From positions 352,001 to 416,000 of the forward strand of contig OZ219753.1 in the NCBI GenBank assembly GCA_964291315.2: 64,000 bases of DNA, written 5' to 3'. Both the position numbers and the translations under genes were made by a program. The DNA is from Candidatus Poribacteria bacterium (GTDB lineage Bacteria > Poribacteria > WGA-4E > WGA-3G). Below the pieces are notes generated by a model. The model did not search any database, had not been told where the DNA came from, and was given only the letters and a program-made list of their open reading frames with translations. This document shows, one piece after another, positions 30,803 to 41,150 of the stretch. How positions within the stretch are numbered: position 1 is the stretch's first letter; each line of letters begins with the position of its first letter.

Positions 30803-31222
30803 ATGGAAATTATCATTGGCTTTATGTTGGTTGTTTTCGTTCCGCTCTGCGTTGTATTGACGCTGACTATTTTGTTACAAGACAGCAAAGGGGAAGGCCT
30901 TTCAGCGAGCGCATTCGGCGGTGCAGAGATGCAATCTGTCCTCGGTGGACGCGGGGCAGCGACTTTCCTTAGTAAACTGACGACCTGGCTTGCTATAGGG
31001 TTCATGGTTATTTCTCTTTTCTTGATGCGTTTCTACGGAGAAGAAAAAACCGGGGCCCTCACCCCGATTGAACAAGAAACAACACAAGAAGCGACAGAAG
31101 AACCTATTGATACTATAGACGAAGAGAGCATTGAAACGCCCCCAGATGGCGCGAACGAAGACGTTGCCGATGACTCCGAAAAGACAGAAAGCGATGACGG
31201 CGCGGCAGAATCTTCGAAATAA
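30803..31222 (+). CDS. secG: Preprotein translocase subunit SecG with acidic tail
   Basis: ILLQDSKGEGL..AFGG, FLSKLT; two TM segments; follows tpiA. Confidence 0.92.
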   Translation: MEIIIGFMLVVFVPLCVVLTLTILLQDSKGEGLSASAFGGAEMQSVLGGRGAATFLSKLTTWLAIGFMVISLFLMRFYGEEKTGALTPIEQETTQEATEEPIDTIDEESIETPPDGANEDVADDSEKTESDDGAAESSK

Positions 31223-31228
31223 ACCAAC

Positions 31229-31657
31229 ATGACAGACGTGCCTACCACGCTTTCATGGACAGTACATCCGATCGTTGAGAATTGGCGTAAGTCCGTTTTA
31301 TTTTTGTTTTTTCTGATATTGCTTTTGTTCGGTATCTACTTTGGTTTCCAATCTATTTATGTTGCCTTGATTTCTGCCGTTGTTCTGCTCGGATCGCTCT
31401 ACAAATACTTTCTCCCGTTTCACCACGAGTGTGAGGTCGATAGGCTTATTATCACAAGCTGCTGCTACAGACTAGAACGACCTTGGAAAACATTTCGCAG
31501 CTTTTACGTTGACGCGAACGGGATTTTACTCAGCCCGTTCGCCTGCCCAACACGCCTTGAAAATTTCCGCGGCGTTTACGTCCGATTCGGTAAACATACC
31601 CCTGAAGAAGTCGTTGATTTTATTCGCAGCAAAATTAAATCAGAACCTTCTCCGTAA
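31229..31657 (+). CDS. Hypothetical membrane protein
   Basis: Two TM helices followed by a soluble domain (LLSPF..RLENFRG); operonic with secG. Confidence 0.75.
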   Translation: MTDVPTTLSWTVHPIVENWRKSVLFLFFLILLLFGIYFGFQSIYVALISAVVLLGSLYKYFLPFHHECEVDRLIITSCCYRLERPWKTFRSFYVDANGILLSPFACPTRLENFRGVYVRFGKHTPEEVVDFIRSKIKSEPSP

Positions 31658-31721
31658 TTTTGTCAGAAGACAAGTCTCAAAGATTCGCAGAGAAAAGATC
31701 GGATGAAGTGAGAGGATCCAT

Positions 31722-33002
31722 ATGAATGTTTCTACATCGAGTCATGCGCCCAGAATTGAGACAACAGAAACCTTAAAAACCGCAGTGCTTGATGCGGTCA
31801 ATTCCGAAAGCATTACAGATATCCATACGCACCTCTTTAGTCCACCTTTCGGTGAGTTGTTATTGTGGGGTATTGATGAATTACTAACCTATCACTATCT
31901 AATCGCCGAGGTATTTCGCAAATCAGAGGGCTCGTATCAGCAGTTTTGGGCGATGCCGAAGGTAGAACAGGCAGACCTGATTTGGCAGACACTCTTCATT
32001 CAGAATTCGCCTCTCAGTGAGGCCTGTCGCGGGGTTGTTACGACGCTCGATGCATTAGGTTTGGATGTCGATTCGCGCAACCTACAAGACTATCGTGCCT
32101 ACTTTGCTGATACGTCTGTTGAGGTATTCATTGATACCGTCTTTGAACACGCCAAAGTCTCCAAAGTTGTGATGACAAACGATCCGTTTGATTCTGCAGA
32201 GGCCCTCGTCTGGCAGTCAGGCGACACGGGCGATGTGCGCTTTGAGGCAGCACTCCGGATGGATGTGCTTATCAATACCTACCAAGAAACCGCTTATGAA
32301 CACCTCCGCGCTTTGGGGTATAATGTTGATTCGAAGCTCTCATTTGAGAAGAGTTATAGAGAAGTCCGCCGATTTTTAGAGACGTGGATTCAACGGATGA
32401 ACCCAAAATACATGGCTGTTTCCCTGCCGCCAGATTTCCGATACCCGCACGATGGGCTCCTAGGGAGGCTGTTTGATAACTGTATACTGCCCGTTTCTCG
32501 CGAATTTAATGTCCCGTTTGCGCTGATGATTGGCGTGAAACGTGCGGTTAATCCAGAACTCCAGATGGCCGGGGATGGGAGTGCTAAGGCAGATTTGGCG
32601 AATTTAGAAAACCTCCTTCGTGAAAATCCTAACAATAAGTTTCTCGTTACGCTCTTATCGCGTGAAAACCAACATGAGTTGTGTGTGATCGGACGGAAGT
32701 TCAAAAATCTAATGATATTCGGGTGCTGGTGGTTTATGAATAATCCGAGTCTCATTGAGGAAATCACTCGAGAACGGATTGAGTTGCTCGGTTTGAGCGT
32801 CATTCCACAGCACTCGGATGCCAGAATTTTGGATCAGCTCGTGTATAAATGGAAACACTCGCGTCAGATTATCGCTGATGTTTTGGTAGAAAAATATCAA
32901 ACTCTTCTTGATGTTGGATGGACGCTTTCTGCGTCAGAGATTACGCGAGATGTTAACAATTTGTTTAGTGGTAACTTCGATCGGTTTTTGAACGGCAGCT
33001 GA
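31722..33002 (+). CDS. Uronate (glucuronate) isomerase, divergent Bh0493-like type
   Basis: DIHTHL, LLTYHYL, MTNDPF, GCWWF, QHSDARILDQL. Confidence 0.88.
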   Translation: MNVSTSSHAPRIETTETLKTAVLDAVNSESITDIHTHLFSPPFGELLLWGIDELLTYHYLIAEVFRKSEGSYQQFWAMPKVEQADLIWQTLFIQNSPLSEACRGVVTTLDALGLDVDSRNLQDYRAYFADTSVEVFIDTVFEHAKVSKVVMTNDPFDSAEALVWQSGDTGDVRFEAALRMDVLINTYQETAYEHLRALGYNVDSKLSFEKSYREVRRFLETWIQRMNPKYMAVSLPPDFRYPHDGLLGRLFDNCILPVSREFNVPFALMIGVKRAVNPELQMAGDGSAKADLANLENLLRENPNNKFLVTLLSRENQHELCVIGRKFKNLMIFGCWWFMNNPSLIEEITRERIELLGLSVIPQHSDARILDQLVYKWKHSRQIIADVLVEKYQTLLDVGWTLSASEITRDVNNLFSGNFDRFLNGS

Positions 33003-33016
33003 GCCCACCTCGAGAG

Positions 33017-33301
33017 TCAACAATTGCACGGGGTTGCACAGCACTTCGGGCACCCCGCTGCATAGATTTGTGCAGCATTCTCTAAGTCGATATCGAGCAA
33101 GCTTGCTAGCGTGACAAGCCATGCAAAAACATCAGCGAATTCCGCCCGCAACCGCTCTATGTCTTGTGGTTGTTTCCGAATCTCTTTTGCAAGTTCTCCG
33201 ACCTCTTCGACGAACCATGTGAAGGTTAACGGCACCCCGCGCAAAGCGTCTCGAGCGTAATAGATGGCTTCAATCTGTTTTTGAAAGTCTTGAATTGTCA
33301 T
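33017..33301 (-). CDS. MazG-like nucleotide pyrophosphohydrolase
   Basis: WFVEEVGELA, EFADVFAWL, C-terminal CPKC..PCNC. Confidence 0.9.
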   Translation of the reverse strand: MTIQDFQKQIEAIYYARDALRGVPLTFTWFVEEVGELAKEIRKQPQDIERLRAEFADVFAWLVTLASLLDIDLENAAQIYAAGCPKCCATPCNC

Positions 33302-33383
33302 ACGATCCTCTTTTAAATATAATAGTGCTGAAACGGAATTGTGCTAGTAACAAATTTAGGGTGATGGAGAGGAATTAGATTCG

Positions 33384-34205
33384 ATGATAGGTATCTCTTA
33401 CCACGCTGGTGGCATGAAAGATCTGTCGCTGCGCGAAATTATCACGCTTCTCGCCGCTGCTGGCTACGATGCGATCGAGATGATGTGCGGTCCAGAAGCC
33501 CACATCCGCTCTAGCAAAGTTACAGATAGTTTGCTCAAAGAAATTAAAGCGATAACAAGCGATCATGGGTTGGCGGTCTCTGCCATCAACCCGTTTGCAG
33601 GCCCCGGGCTGTATCAATTAGCCCTAGGAGACCAACAGGGAGCGATTGATCACTACGCTCTTCTCCAAGATGTAGCAGTTGCCCTTGGCGCGCAGGGTGT
33701 CAATTTTCTCACTGGCTATGGGGGTGAGAAAGGGGACGCGTTCGCATGGCGGCTCCTCGTCAACGTGCTTAAGCCGATCTGCCGGCGCGCTGAAGAACTC
33801 GGTTTGACGATGAACATCCACAATCACGAAGCGACAACGATAGACACGTCCTCTAAAGTTGTTCTTCTTATAGAGCATGTTGGTTCTGATGCCCTCAAGG
33901 CGCTTAACGACATCGCTAACTTTTATCATCTCGGTGAGGATATTGCTGAAGTTACTGAAAAATTAGGAGCACTTACCGTTCACTGCCACGTCAAGGGCGT
34001 GATCGGAATGTACCCGTATAGTACTTTCCTGATCCCGGGGGAGGAGGACGATGAGCTAGATTTCCGAACTTTTGCAGAAAATTTAGGGAAAGCCGGTTAC
34101 GATAAATATATTTCAGTAGAAACCTTTCCTCACATGCGGATGCAAAAAGCGGAAATTGCTTATAACATGATGGCGAGTACCTTGAGTGAATTAGGCTTGC
34201 GATAA
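33384..34205 (+). CDS. Sugar phosphate isomerase/epimerase (xylose-isomerase-like TIM barrel)
   Basis: GYDAIE, HNHE, DIAN, HCHVK, GYDKYISVE. Confidence 0.85.
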   Translation: MIGISYHAGGMKDLSLREIITLLAAAGYDAIEMMCGPEAHIRSSKVTDSLLKEIKAITSDHGLAVSAINPFAGPGLYQLALGDQQGAIDHYALLQDVAVALGAQGVNFLTGYGGEKGDAFAWRLLVNVLKPICRRAEELGLTMNIHNHEATTIDTSSKVVLLIEHVGSDALKALNDIANFYHLGEDIAEVTEKLGALTVHCHVKGVIGMYPYSTFLIPGEEDDELDFRTFAENLGKAGYDKYISVETFPHMRMQKAEIAYNMMASTLSELGLR

Positions 34206-34246
34206 AGGCAATAGGCTCGGTTACAATCCGCGCAGACAAATCACAA

Positions 34247-35041
34247 CTAATAATTATCTTCTAATGCCTTGATACCGGGCCAGTCCCGCCACATGTCCGC
34301 GTTGGGTGGTTCTTCTTGTGTTTCTACCAATTCGGTTTTGCGGAAGTCGTAGAGGACAGCTTGGCGGATCTGCTTTGAATAATTGTGTCCTGCTGCGTGT
34401 CCGAGGCGATGATGCCAGAAAACAACATCACCTGCCTTCCCATAACATTCAACGCCGGGTGTTCTACTGATCCGTTCTCGATCAATCTCATATTGTGGGG
34501 TGGGTTCGTTCTTATATTGGCATAGGTAATCGTAATAGAAAATCCTGTGGCTTCCTGGCCAGACTGTAAACCCTCCGCCCTCCGGCGGCACATCATCAAT
34601 ATAACCTACGGCACCGAGATGAAACGGATGAGCGTCAACGTGGCATCCAATTGCTTTCTTCGGAATATCCCCATAAGGGAGCGTGCAATAGATACCACGC
34701 ACCCGCTCAGGCTGCATGAGATTTCCTTCACCTAAGAGCTGCTCTGCCATGCGCCAGACATTAGGATCGGTGGCTAGGAGTTTAACCATCCAATCTTCGC
34801 CGCCGGGCTCACGAAAATTCCATCGGAATCCGCGTCTCTGATTATTTTTGTCTGCGTTTTCTTCTTCGGGTGTGAAGGGGCCGATCCAGGTCCCGGGATC
34901 CTCACGTTTGCGTTCTTCAGGTGCTCCATCCCACAACCTTGTTCGTGCACGCTTCATTAATTCAGCGTCGAGGACGTTCGGTTTTATCAAATAGCCTTCA
35001 TCTCTGAAAAATTCTATGTTTTCCCGTGTAAGTTCAACCAT
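34247..35041 (-). CDS. Phytanoyl-CoA dioxygenase (PhyH) family protein
   Basis: FFRDEGYL, HVD, GGFTVWPGSH, GDVVFWH..LGH; start MVELT after AAGGAG. Confidence 0.9.
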   Translation of the reverse strand: MVELTRENIEFFRDEGYLIKPNVLDAELMKRARTRLWDGAPEERKREDPGTWIGPFTPEEENADKNNQRRGFRWNFREPGGEDWMVKLLATDPNVWRMAEQLLGEGNLMQPERVRGIYCTLPYGDIPKKAIGCHVDAHPFHLGAVGYIDDVPPEGGGFTVWPGSHRIFYYDYLCQYKNEPTPQYEIDRERISRTPGVECYGKAGDVVFWHHRLGHAAGHNYSKQIRQAVLYDFRKTELVETQEEPPNADMWRDWPGIKALEDNY

Positions 35042-35274
35042 TGGCGTGTCTCCTTTTGAAGTCGCAGCAGAGGCGCTGCCCAAAAATTGTGATGCTATAC
35101 GGAATCTGCGTAAAGAATGGCTGAAAGGTATTTCTCTAAGCAAATTTAAAGAATTCTAATGGTGTTTAACGATTTTTTCAAGAAAAAGTAATAAATTTTT
35201 AGGATTCGGCAGTGGCTTGTCTGAATCGGGGTTTTAGGAGCGGTAGAATTCTTGAAGCACATAATGTGCTCGAT

Positions 35275-35303
35275 TTGACAATACTATATGTTTCGGCTAT
35301 AAT
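35275..35303 (+). promoter_or_regulatory. Perfect-consensus sigma70 promoter directly before an ATG (leaderless candidate)
   Basis: TTGACA-17 nt-TATAAT; ATG 7 nt downstream; no SD. Confidence 0.7.
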
Positions 35304-35310
35304 TGGGCGC

Positions 35311-37539
35311 ATGTTTAGATTCGTGATTGTGCTCTTGGTCTCTATTTCATATCCTATCCTCCTCTTTGCGCATCCAGAGGGTGTGGGAGAGCATACTGTA
35401 GATGCCTACCGAATTGAAGGTGAACCGCCAATTATTGACGGGCTGCTAAACGATGCAGTTTGGTATCAGGCACAGCCGTGTAGCGATTTCATTCAGCTTG
35501 AACCGACACGCGGTTTTCCCGCAACCGATGACACAGAATTCCGTATTGCTTATGATGTCCATAATATCTACGTTGCATTTCGGTGTTACGATACCGAACC
35601 GGATAAAATTGTCAACCGGATGACGCGGCGCGGCGATATTTATGCTTCAGATGTTATCTCTTTTTTTATTGACCCGCATCACGATCACCGTACGGGGTAT
35701 AAATTCGCGACAACTCCCGGGGGCGTACAGAGTGACAACTACCGGTACGAGGATACACAGCGCGATGCCAATTGGAAGGGTATCTGGTGGGTTGAAAGCC
35801 ATATTGACGGATCAGGATGGAGTGCAGAGTTTAAAATACCGTTCTCTAACTTTCGATTCACCAACAAACCGACACAAGTCTGGGGGTTTGATGTGGAGCG
35901 CGTCAATCGTAGGAAGAGTGAAGTGACAGTATGGAAGCAGTTGACACAAGCTGGGGTGGTTACACGGATGTCGGATTTGGGGCATATTTTAGGCATTCAC
36001 GGCATTGAGACAGGGAAAAATTTTGAGATCACACCGTATCTCTTAGGCGGGACGACGGATAGTGCTAATACAGACGTGGCGGGGCAACTCGGCACCGGTC
36101 TTGATGTTCAATACAGTCTCACTAGTGCGTTGAAGGCGAATGTCACGATCAACCCGGATTTCGCACAAGTTGAGGCGGATCAGTTGGAAATCAACCTAAC
36201 TCGGTTTCCAACCCGTTTCCCGGAAAAACGTCCGTTTTTCGTTGAAGGTAACAGTTTTTTTCAAACATCATACGATCTTATGTTCAGCCGCCGTATTGGG
36301 AGTCGTGCGAATATTCTTTGGGGCGGTAAACTTACAGGGAAAGTAGAGGACTACTCCATCGGCATTTTGGGGAGTCAAACTGGCGGATTCGGTTTTTCTG
36401 ACACTGATTCATCTCAAAAAGAGGCTGCATGGTTTTCTGCGCTCCGTGTTAAACGCGATATCCTCAAACGCTCAAATGTCGGAATTCTGTTTGTTAATAA
36501 AGAAAAACGGGGTAGTGACAGGTGGCATAGTCGAGTCGGAGGTGTCGATATGAATCTCGCCCTGGGCAAAACTTATCATCTCACCGGACAGTATGCAGGT
36601 AGTTTTCATCCTGGGGAGGACAGTGACAACTCTGCGTATACGGTTGATTTCGCGCAACGCAACTATCTCTGGAGCAGCAGCATTGGTTTGGAACGGGTTG
36701 CACCGCACTTTGAGATTAATGAAACCGGGTATCTACGCAAAGAACGAAATCGTGGATGGCAGCGTGCGTATATCCGCACTTCCTATTCTCCGTTGTGGGG
36801 AGGCCGTCAGTTTTCATCAGGTCTCAATCTTCGTCTTTCACAAGGCCTCTATACCGCAGAATACTTTGATGAGTGGAGATCGCGGAACCCAGGGTTGGCT
36901 GTATCGCCTGCATTTGATGAAGATTTGCTTAGATGGCATGTAAGTGCAAATGTTGGGATGGATTTCAGAGAGACCCTCATAGATGATATTACGGTCTACT
37001 ATTCCCGGAGCCGAGAGGTCGAATTAACAGAAATATTCGTAGCAGATGGATATGGATTTTCAATCGATACCAACTCCACACATCCGATAGCTATCGGCAT
37101 CAGTACGGATTTTTCAGACTACTTTAACTTCGGACGGCAGCGTGCGGGTAAACAGCGAAACCTCACTATTGAATCGACTTTACGCCCACAGAGCAATCTT
37201 TCGATAGAATTAGCGGGGGGTTATGCCCAAAGCTTCGATTTGACAGGGGGCATTGACGGCAGATTTTTCGTCGGCTCTATGCGTACGACCTACTTATTCA
37301 CCCGAGAATCGTTTCTTCGGATGTTCGCCCAAGTAAATAGGCAACGGGAACTTCCTGAGGAAATCCATCAAAGTTACCTGCTAAGTTTTCTGTTCGGATG
37401 GGAATATGACCCCAAAAGCTATCTATTTGTTGCTTACAACGAAGCTTGGGGAGTGCCCCCGACGACGATTGGCGGGAGCGCATTGCAGTTAGAAAATCGA
37501 GTCATCGTGGTCAAAGTAACATATCTTTATCATTTGTAG
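35311..37539 (+). CDS. CBM9-like sugar-binding domain + DUF5916 outer-membrane-type protein
   Basis: Signal peptide; IDGLLNDAVW, WSAEFKIPF, TINPDFAQVEAD, FPEKRPFF; ends with aromatic strand VKVTYLYHL. Confidence 0.85.
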   Translation: MFRFVIVLLVSISYPILLFAHPEGVGEHTVDAYRIEGEPPIIDGLLNDAVWYQAQPCSDFIQLEPTRGFPATDDTEFRIAYDVHNIYVAFRCYDTEPDKIVNRMTRRGDIYASDVISFFIDPHHDHRTGYKFATTPGGVQSDNYRYEDTQRDANWKGIWWVESHIDGSGWSAEFKIPFSNFRFTNKPTQVWGFDVERVNRRKSEVTVWKQLTQAGVVTRMSDLGHILGIHGIETGKNFEITPYLLGGTTDSANTDVAGQLGTGLDVQYSLTSALKANVTINPDFAQVEADQLEINLTRFPTRFPEKRPFFVEGNSFFQTSYDLMFSRRIGSRANILWGGKLTGKVEDYSIGILGSQTGGFGFSDTDSSQKEAAWFSALRVKRDILKRSNVGILFVNKEKRGSDRWHSRVGGVDMNLALGKTYHLTGQYAGSFHPGEDSDNSAYTVDFAQRNYLWSSSIGLERVAPHFEINETGYLRKERNRGWQRAYIRTSYSPLWGGRQFSSGLNLRLSQGLYTAEYFDEWRSRNPGLAVSPAFDEDLLRWHVSANVGMDFRETLIDDITVYYSRSREVELTEIFVADGYGFSIDTNSTHPIAIGISTDFSDYFNFGRQRAGKQRNLTIESTLRPQSNLSIELAGGYAQSFDLTGGIDGRFFVGSMRTTYLFTRESFLRMFAQVNRQRELPEEIHQSYLLSFLFGWEYDPKSYLFVAYNEAWGVPPTTIGGSALQLENRVIVVKVTYLYHL

Positions 37540-37762
37540 TTTTCGGGTAGCAGTTGGGTATAGATATTCCAAGCGTGTGAGGCCTGTCTGAAATGGGATT
37601 TAAGGATTTGTGAGAGTGCGGATTTACGAGATTTGCGCGGAAACTTCACCGGGACGTTATGTTCCGTTTTGGTGTTCCTGAAGATGCTGGTACCAAAAGA
37701 CTTTACATGCGTTCGTTAAGTTAAAAATTGTAAAAAGAATCGAGGTGTGATATAATAGAGAT

Positions 37763-38131
37763 ATGAAAGATTTTTTACTGCTATTCTTCAACGTTTTGCT
37801 AACGGTGATCGGGCAGATCCTATTCAAACATGGCATGAATACGATAGGGCGTATCAGTAGTTTGAGGGACGCAGTTGGAAAGCTGATGCAAGCATTCCTG
37901 AATCCCCATATCCTCAGCGGGATTGCGATATACGGTTTTACGACTCTCGTTTGGCTTGTAATTTTGTCGCGCGTTAAACTGAGTATAGCGTATCCGATGT
38001 TAAGTTCCGGGTATGTATTGTCTATCCTCTTTTCAGGGGTGCTGTTTAAAGAATCTATTCCTAGGGTTCGCATCGTTGGTGCCCTTGTTATATGTATTGG
38101 CGTTTATCTTGTCGCACATGGGGAGTCTTAA
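37763..38131 (+). CDS. SMR/EamA family (ArnE/F-like) 4-TM transporter
   Basis: GQILFKHG, LSIAYPMLS, LFKE; four TM helices. Confidence 0.85.
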   Translation: MKDFLLLFFNVLLTVIGQILFKHGMNTIGRISSLRDAVGKLMQAFLNPHILSGIAIYGFTTLVWLVILSRVKLSIAYPMLSSGYVLSILFSGVLFKESIPRVRIVGALVICIGVYLVAHGES

Positions 38132-38134
38132 TGA

Positions 38135-38593
38135 ATGAGAGAATCGGTAAGCACTCGTGTTAAGCCCAACAATTCTAAGAGTAACCAAGACACCCCTATG
38201 AACTCCCGTTCTTATGTTGCAATGGTCTTGTCCGCAATTCTCCCGGGACTCGGTCAATTATACTTAGCGCAATTTGTGAAGGGCACGATTATTTTCCTCA
38301 TCTTTGCTACAGCCCTTGCAATTTTTTATCTTAATTCGTTGCCAGTGACGGAATGGCGTGATCTGATGCGTTTTAAGCCAGCGGAACAAGAGAACACCGA
38401 GGGAAATGACATAGGAACTGAAGAAACGCAGCGGCCCTATGAAATTCATATCTGGACGTTTGATGAGGGCGAGAAGTTAATGTATAGACCCTCTTGGAAA
38501 TTTAAAATTACTTCATCTATTCAAGCAGTGTTATGCTGGCTCTATGCAGTCGGCGATGGGTGGCGCGGGAGACGCAGGAACCGATACGCCTAA
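38135..38593 (+). CDS. Hypothetical membrane protein
   Basis: LSAILPGLGQLY motif; TM helices. Confidence 0.7.
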   Translation: MRESVSTRVKPNNSKSNQDTPMNSRSYVAMVLSAILPGLGQLYLAQFVKGTIIFLIFATALAIFYLNSLPVTEWRDLMRFKPAEQENTEGNDIGTEETQRPYEIHIWTFDEGEKLMYRPSWKFKITSSIQAVLCWLYAVGDGWRGRRRNRYA

Positions 38594-38628
38594 TTTTCAA
38601 GCAACCGACATGTTTTAACGCACATGAT

Positions 38629-39993
38629 ATGTTTATGGTAAAAGGTGGCACAAAATACAACTATGCCTTATCAGTCCAATGTAGTTTTCTCTTGGTACTT
38701 TTCCTAATTGGATGTCAAGGCAACTCGGCGGTTCTCAAAGAGAACAGAGACCTCCTAAGTGCTGGCATGTTTCAAGAGGCAGCCAACGGATTAGAGGCCT
38801 TTATTGAGACTGATCCTGAAGATGCTGAAGCACGGATCCTGCTCGCGAGAGCCTACAACAGATTAGGGCGTTACAATGACGCGGTTGTGCAACTGCGAAA
38901 GGCTTCGCAGCTCCAGGCCACGCAACCCGAGGAACGCCTCGCAACTCGCTTTGAGCTGGCACGGACCTACCTTAAATTCGGGGATAGAGACTCCGCATTC
39001 CGAGTCCTTCGACTTATTCAACACGGGAACTCTGATCCGGTTGTGCTGCGCAAAATTACCGAACTTGTCGGGGATAGCTACAAAAGTAGACAACTGACAC
39101 ACGGAGATTCAGACAACTACTCGCCGACTTTCTCACCCAACGGCACGGAAATTGCGTTCGCATCGTTCCGGCTAGACAACGGAGAAATCTATTTGATGGA
39201 CCTAGATGGACGTATACGTCGGCGCGTAACATTCACGACAGATTTCAATGACAGCTCGCCCGCCTTTCTTACAACTCCGAACTACATATTCTATAGCAGT
39301 GAACCGAAGTCCTCACGCGAAGTTAAAGTTGTCATCCAGAGCAGCGGTTCAACGCCGATTTATGCAGGCTTCAACCTGACACAAATCCACAGCAAAGTTA
39401 CACGTCCGGTCTTACCCGTAAGTTTCGGGGCCCGGGTGCCGCGTGCATCGCCTGTGGAAAATCAAATTATTTACGAATCCAACGCTGATGGCAATCTGGA
39501 ATTATATCGTCTCAATTTAGAAGGGATTGACCTTTCAGAAATCACGGACGCTGACGTTGAACCCGAACGGATCACCTACAACGAGATAGATGATGGGAGT
39601 CCTGCATTCTTTCCTGACGGGAAACGGATCGTGTTCGTCTCCTCCCGGAATGAGGTGAATCAACTCTATACCATGGATATTAATGGAGAGAACGAAAAGC
39701 ATTTCAACCCAAGCCGCTATGATTGTTATAATCCAACCGTTTCCCCGGACGGTAAAACGATGGCGTATGTCTCCGCGCGGGATGGGGACATGGAAATTTA
39801 TCTTATTGACACCGATGGACAGAACGAACGACGAATAACGGGTGAAATCGGGGTATCTATTCAGCCAGCGTTCTCACCTGATGGCCGCCACCTCGTCTAT
39901 GTTTCTGACAGAAGTAATACCTTTCATATCTACCTGATGTCTCTTGATAAACCCATCACTCGTGAGGAATTAGCGAAACGTTTGTGGAAATAA
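38629..39993 (+). CDS. Lipoprotein with TPR and TolB-like PD40 beta-propeller
   Basis: Lipobox LIGC; TPR ARILLARAY; repeated PxFSPDG..(F/Y)VS.R units; start 38629 or 38635. Confidence 0.85.
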   Translation: MFMVKGGTKYNYALSVQCSFLLVLFLIGCQGNSAVLKENRDLLSAGMFQEAANGLEAFIETDPEDAEARILLARAYNRLGRYNDAVVQLRKASQLQATQPEERLATRFELARTYLKFGDRDSAFRVLRLIQHGNSDPVVLRKITELVGDSYKSRQLTHGDSDNYSPTFSPNGTEIAFASFRLDNGEIYLMDLDGRIRRRVTFTTDFNDSSPAFLTTPNYIFYSSEPKSSREVKVVIQSSGSTPIYAGFNLTQIHSKVTRPVLPVSFGARVPRASPVENQIIYESNADGNLELYRLNLEGIDLSEITDADVEPERITYNEIDDGSPAFFPDGKRIVFVSSRNEVNQLYTMDINGENEKHFNPSRYDCYNPTVSPDGKTMAYVSARDGDMEIYLIDTDGQNERRITGEIGVSIQPAFSPDGRHLVYVSDRSNTFHIYLMSLDKPITREELAKRLWK

Positions 39994-40190
39994 GTCACTA
40001 TTTCAGTTGGCTAGCAACGTTTAGCCGCCTGCGATCAGTAAATATCAGACGGTTGCGAACGTTTGTAAAGGCCACAAGGATCCTTGGACGATTACTGAGC
40101 AGGGGTGTCCGCCGGGTTTCTATAGGACACCGTGTATGGGGCGGGTCTGGTAGGCGACTGCGTGAAAGCAAGTTTCGGAGATAAGAAAAT

Positions 40191-41150
40191 ATGTTTAGGG
40201 TAATCAAACCAGAAGGTTTTGGTAACATCCAACTTGAAAAGATACCAATACCGGAGATAGACTCGCGCCAGATTCGCGTAAAGGCAGATACTACGCTAAT
40301 TAGCCGCGGCTCGGAGCTCTTCCGTCGGTATATTCGAGATGAACCCGTTTCCCCGTCAATCATGGGGTATTCACTGACAGGAACTGTGGATGCGATTGGG
40401 GCAGAAGTGTCTGGTTATACCTTTGGAGAACGTGTGATGGTTGTTGCACCGCACTCACAATACGTCATCGCTGAACCTGATGCAACCGACGGCCGCATTG
40501 TTCCGCTATTCGATGTCAGTTTTGAAGAGGGTACTTTCCTGCCGTTAGCGACCAGCGCTGTTGCCTGGGTAGACTCCTCCGGTGTGAAAGATGGAGACAC
40601 TGTAGTGGTTCTCGGTCAGGGCTTAGTCGGCAGTCTCATGATGCAAGTGTTTCGTGGGTACAACCCGGCGCAGGTTATTACTGTAGATGCCTTGCCGCTT
40701 CGATGTCAATTAGCAAAACAGCTCGGGGCTGATGTTGCAATAAATGCTAACGAGACAGACCCGGTTGAAGAAGTACTGCGTTTCACTGATAATAAGGGTG
40801 CAGACCTCGTAGTTGATTGCGTGGGCGGTTATGCGGGAATCAAATCGTTTGAACAGGCACAGGATATGATACATCGATTTGGCACGCTTCAACTTATTGC
40901 CCTCTATCAACAAGAACCTCTCCCGCTGCATGCCTCAAAGATAATGAGCAAACGTCTTGTTGCTGGTAACTTGGTGGATGAACTGCGCTCCCGGATCGCT
41001 GTACGCGCTTTGAAGAAAATAAAAGATGGCGAGATTCGTGCAGCTGAGATGATTACACACCGTTTTCATTATACCGAGGTGAAAGCGGCGTTCGATCTTC
41101 TGTGGAATTCCCCGGGGGATGCCCTTGGAGTCCTGATAAAATGGCAGTAG
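40191..41150 (+). CDS. MDR-family (zinc-binding) dehydrogenase
   Basis: TLISRGSEL, GYSLTG, GQGLVG Rossmann motif, GADLVVDCVG. Confidence 0.88.
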   Translation: MFRVIKPEGFGNIQLEKIPIPEIDSRQIRVKADTTLISRGSELFRRYIRDEPVSPSIMGYSLTGTVDAIGAEVSGYTFGERVMVVAPHSQYVIAEPDATDGRIVPLFDVSFEEGTFLPLATSAVAWVDSSGVKDGDTVVVLGQGLVGSLMMQVFRGYNPAQVITVDALPLRCQLAKQLGADVAINANETDPVEEVLRFTDNKGADLVVDCVGGYAGIKSFEQAQDMIHRFGTLQLIALYQQEPLPLHASKIMSKRLVAGNLVDELRSRIAVRALKKIKDGEIRAAEMITHRFHYTEVKAAFDLLWNSPGDALGVLIKWQ

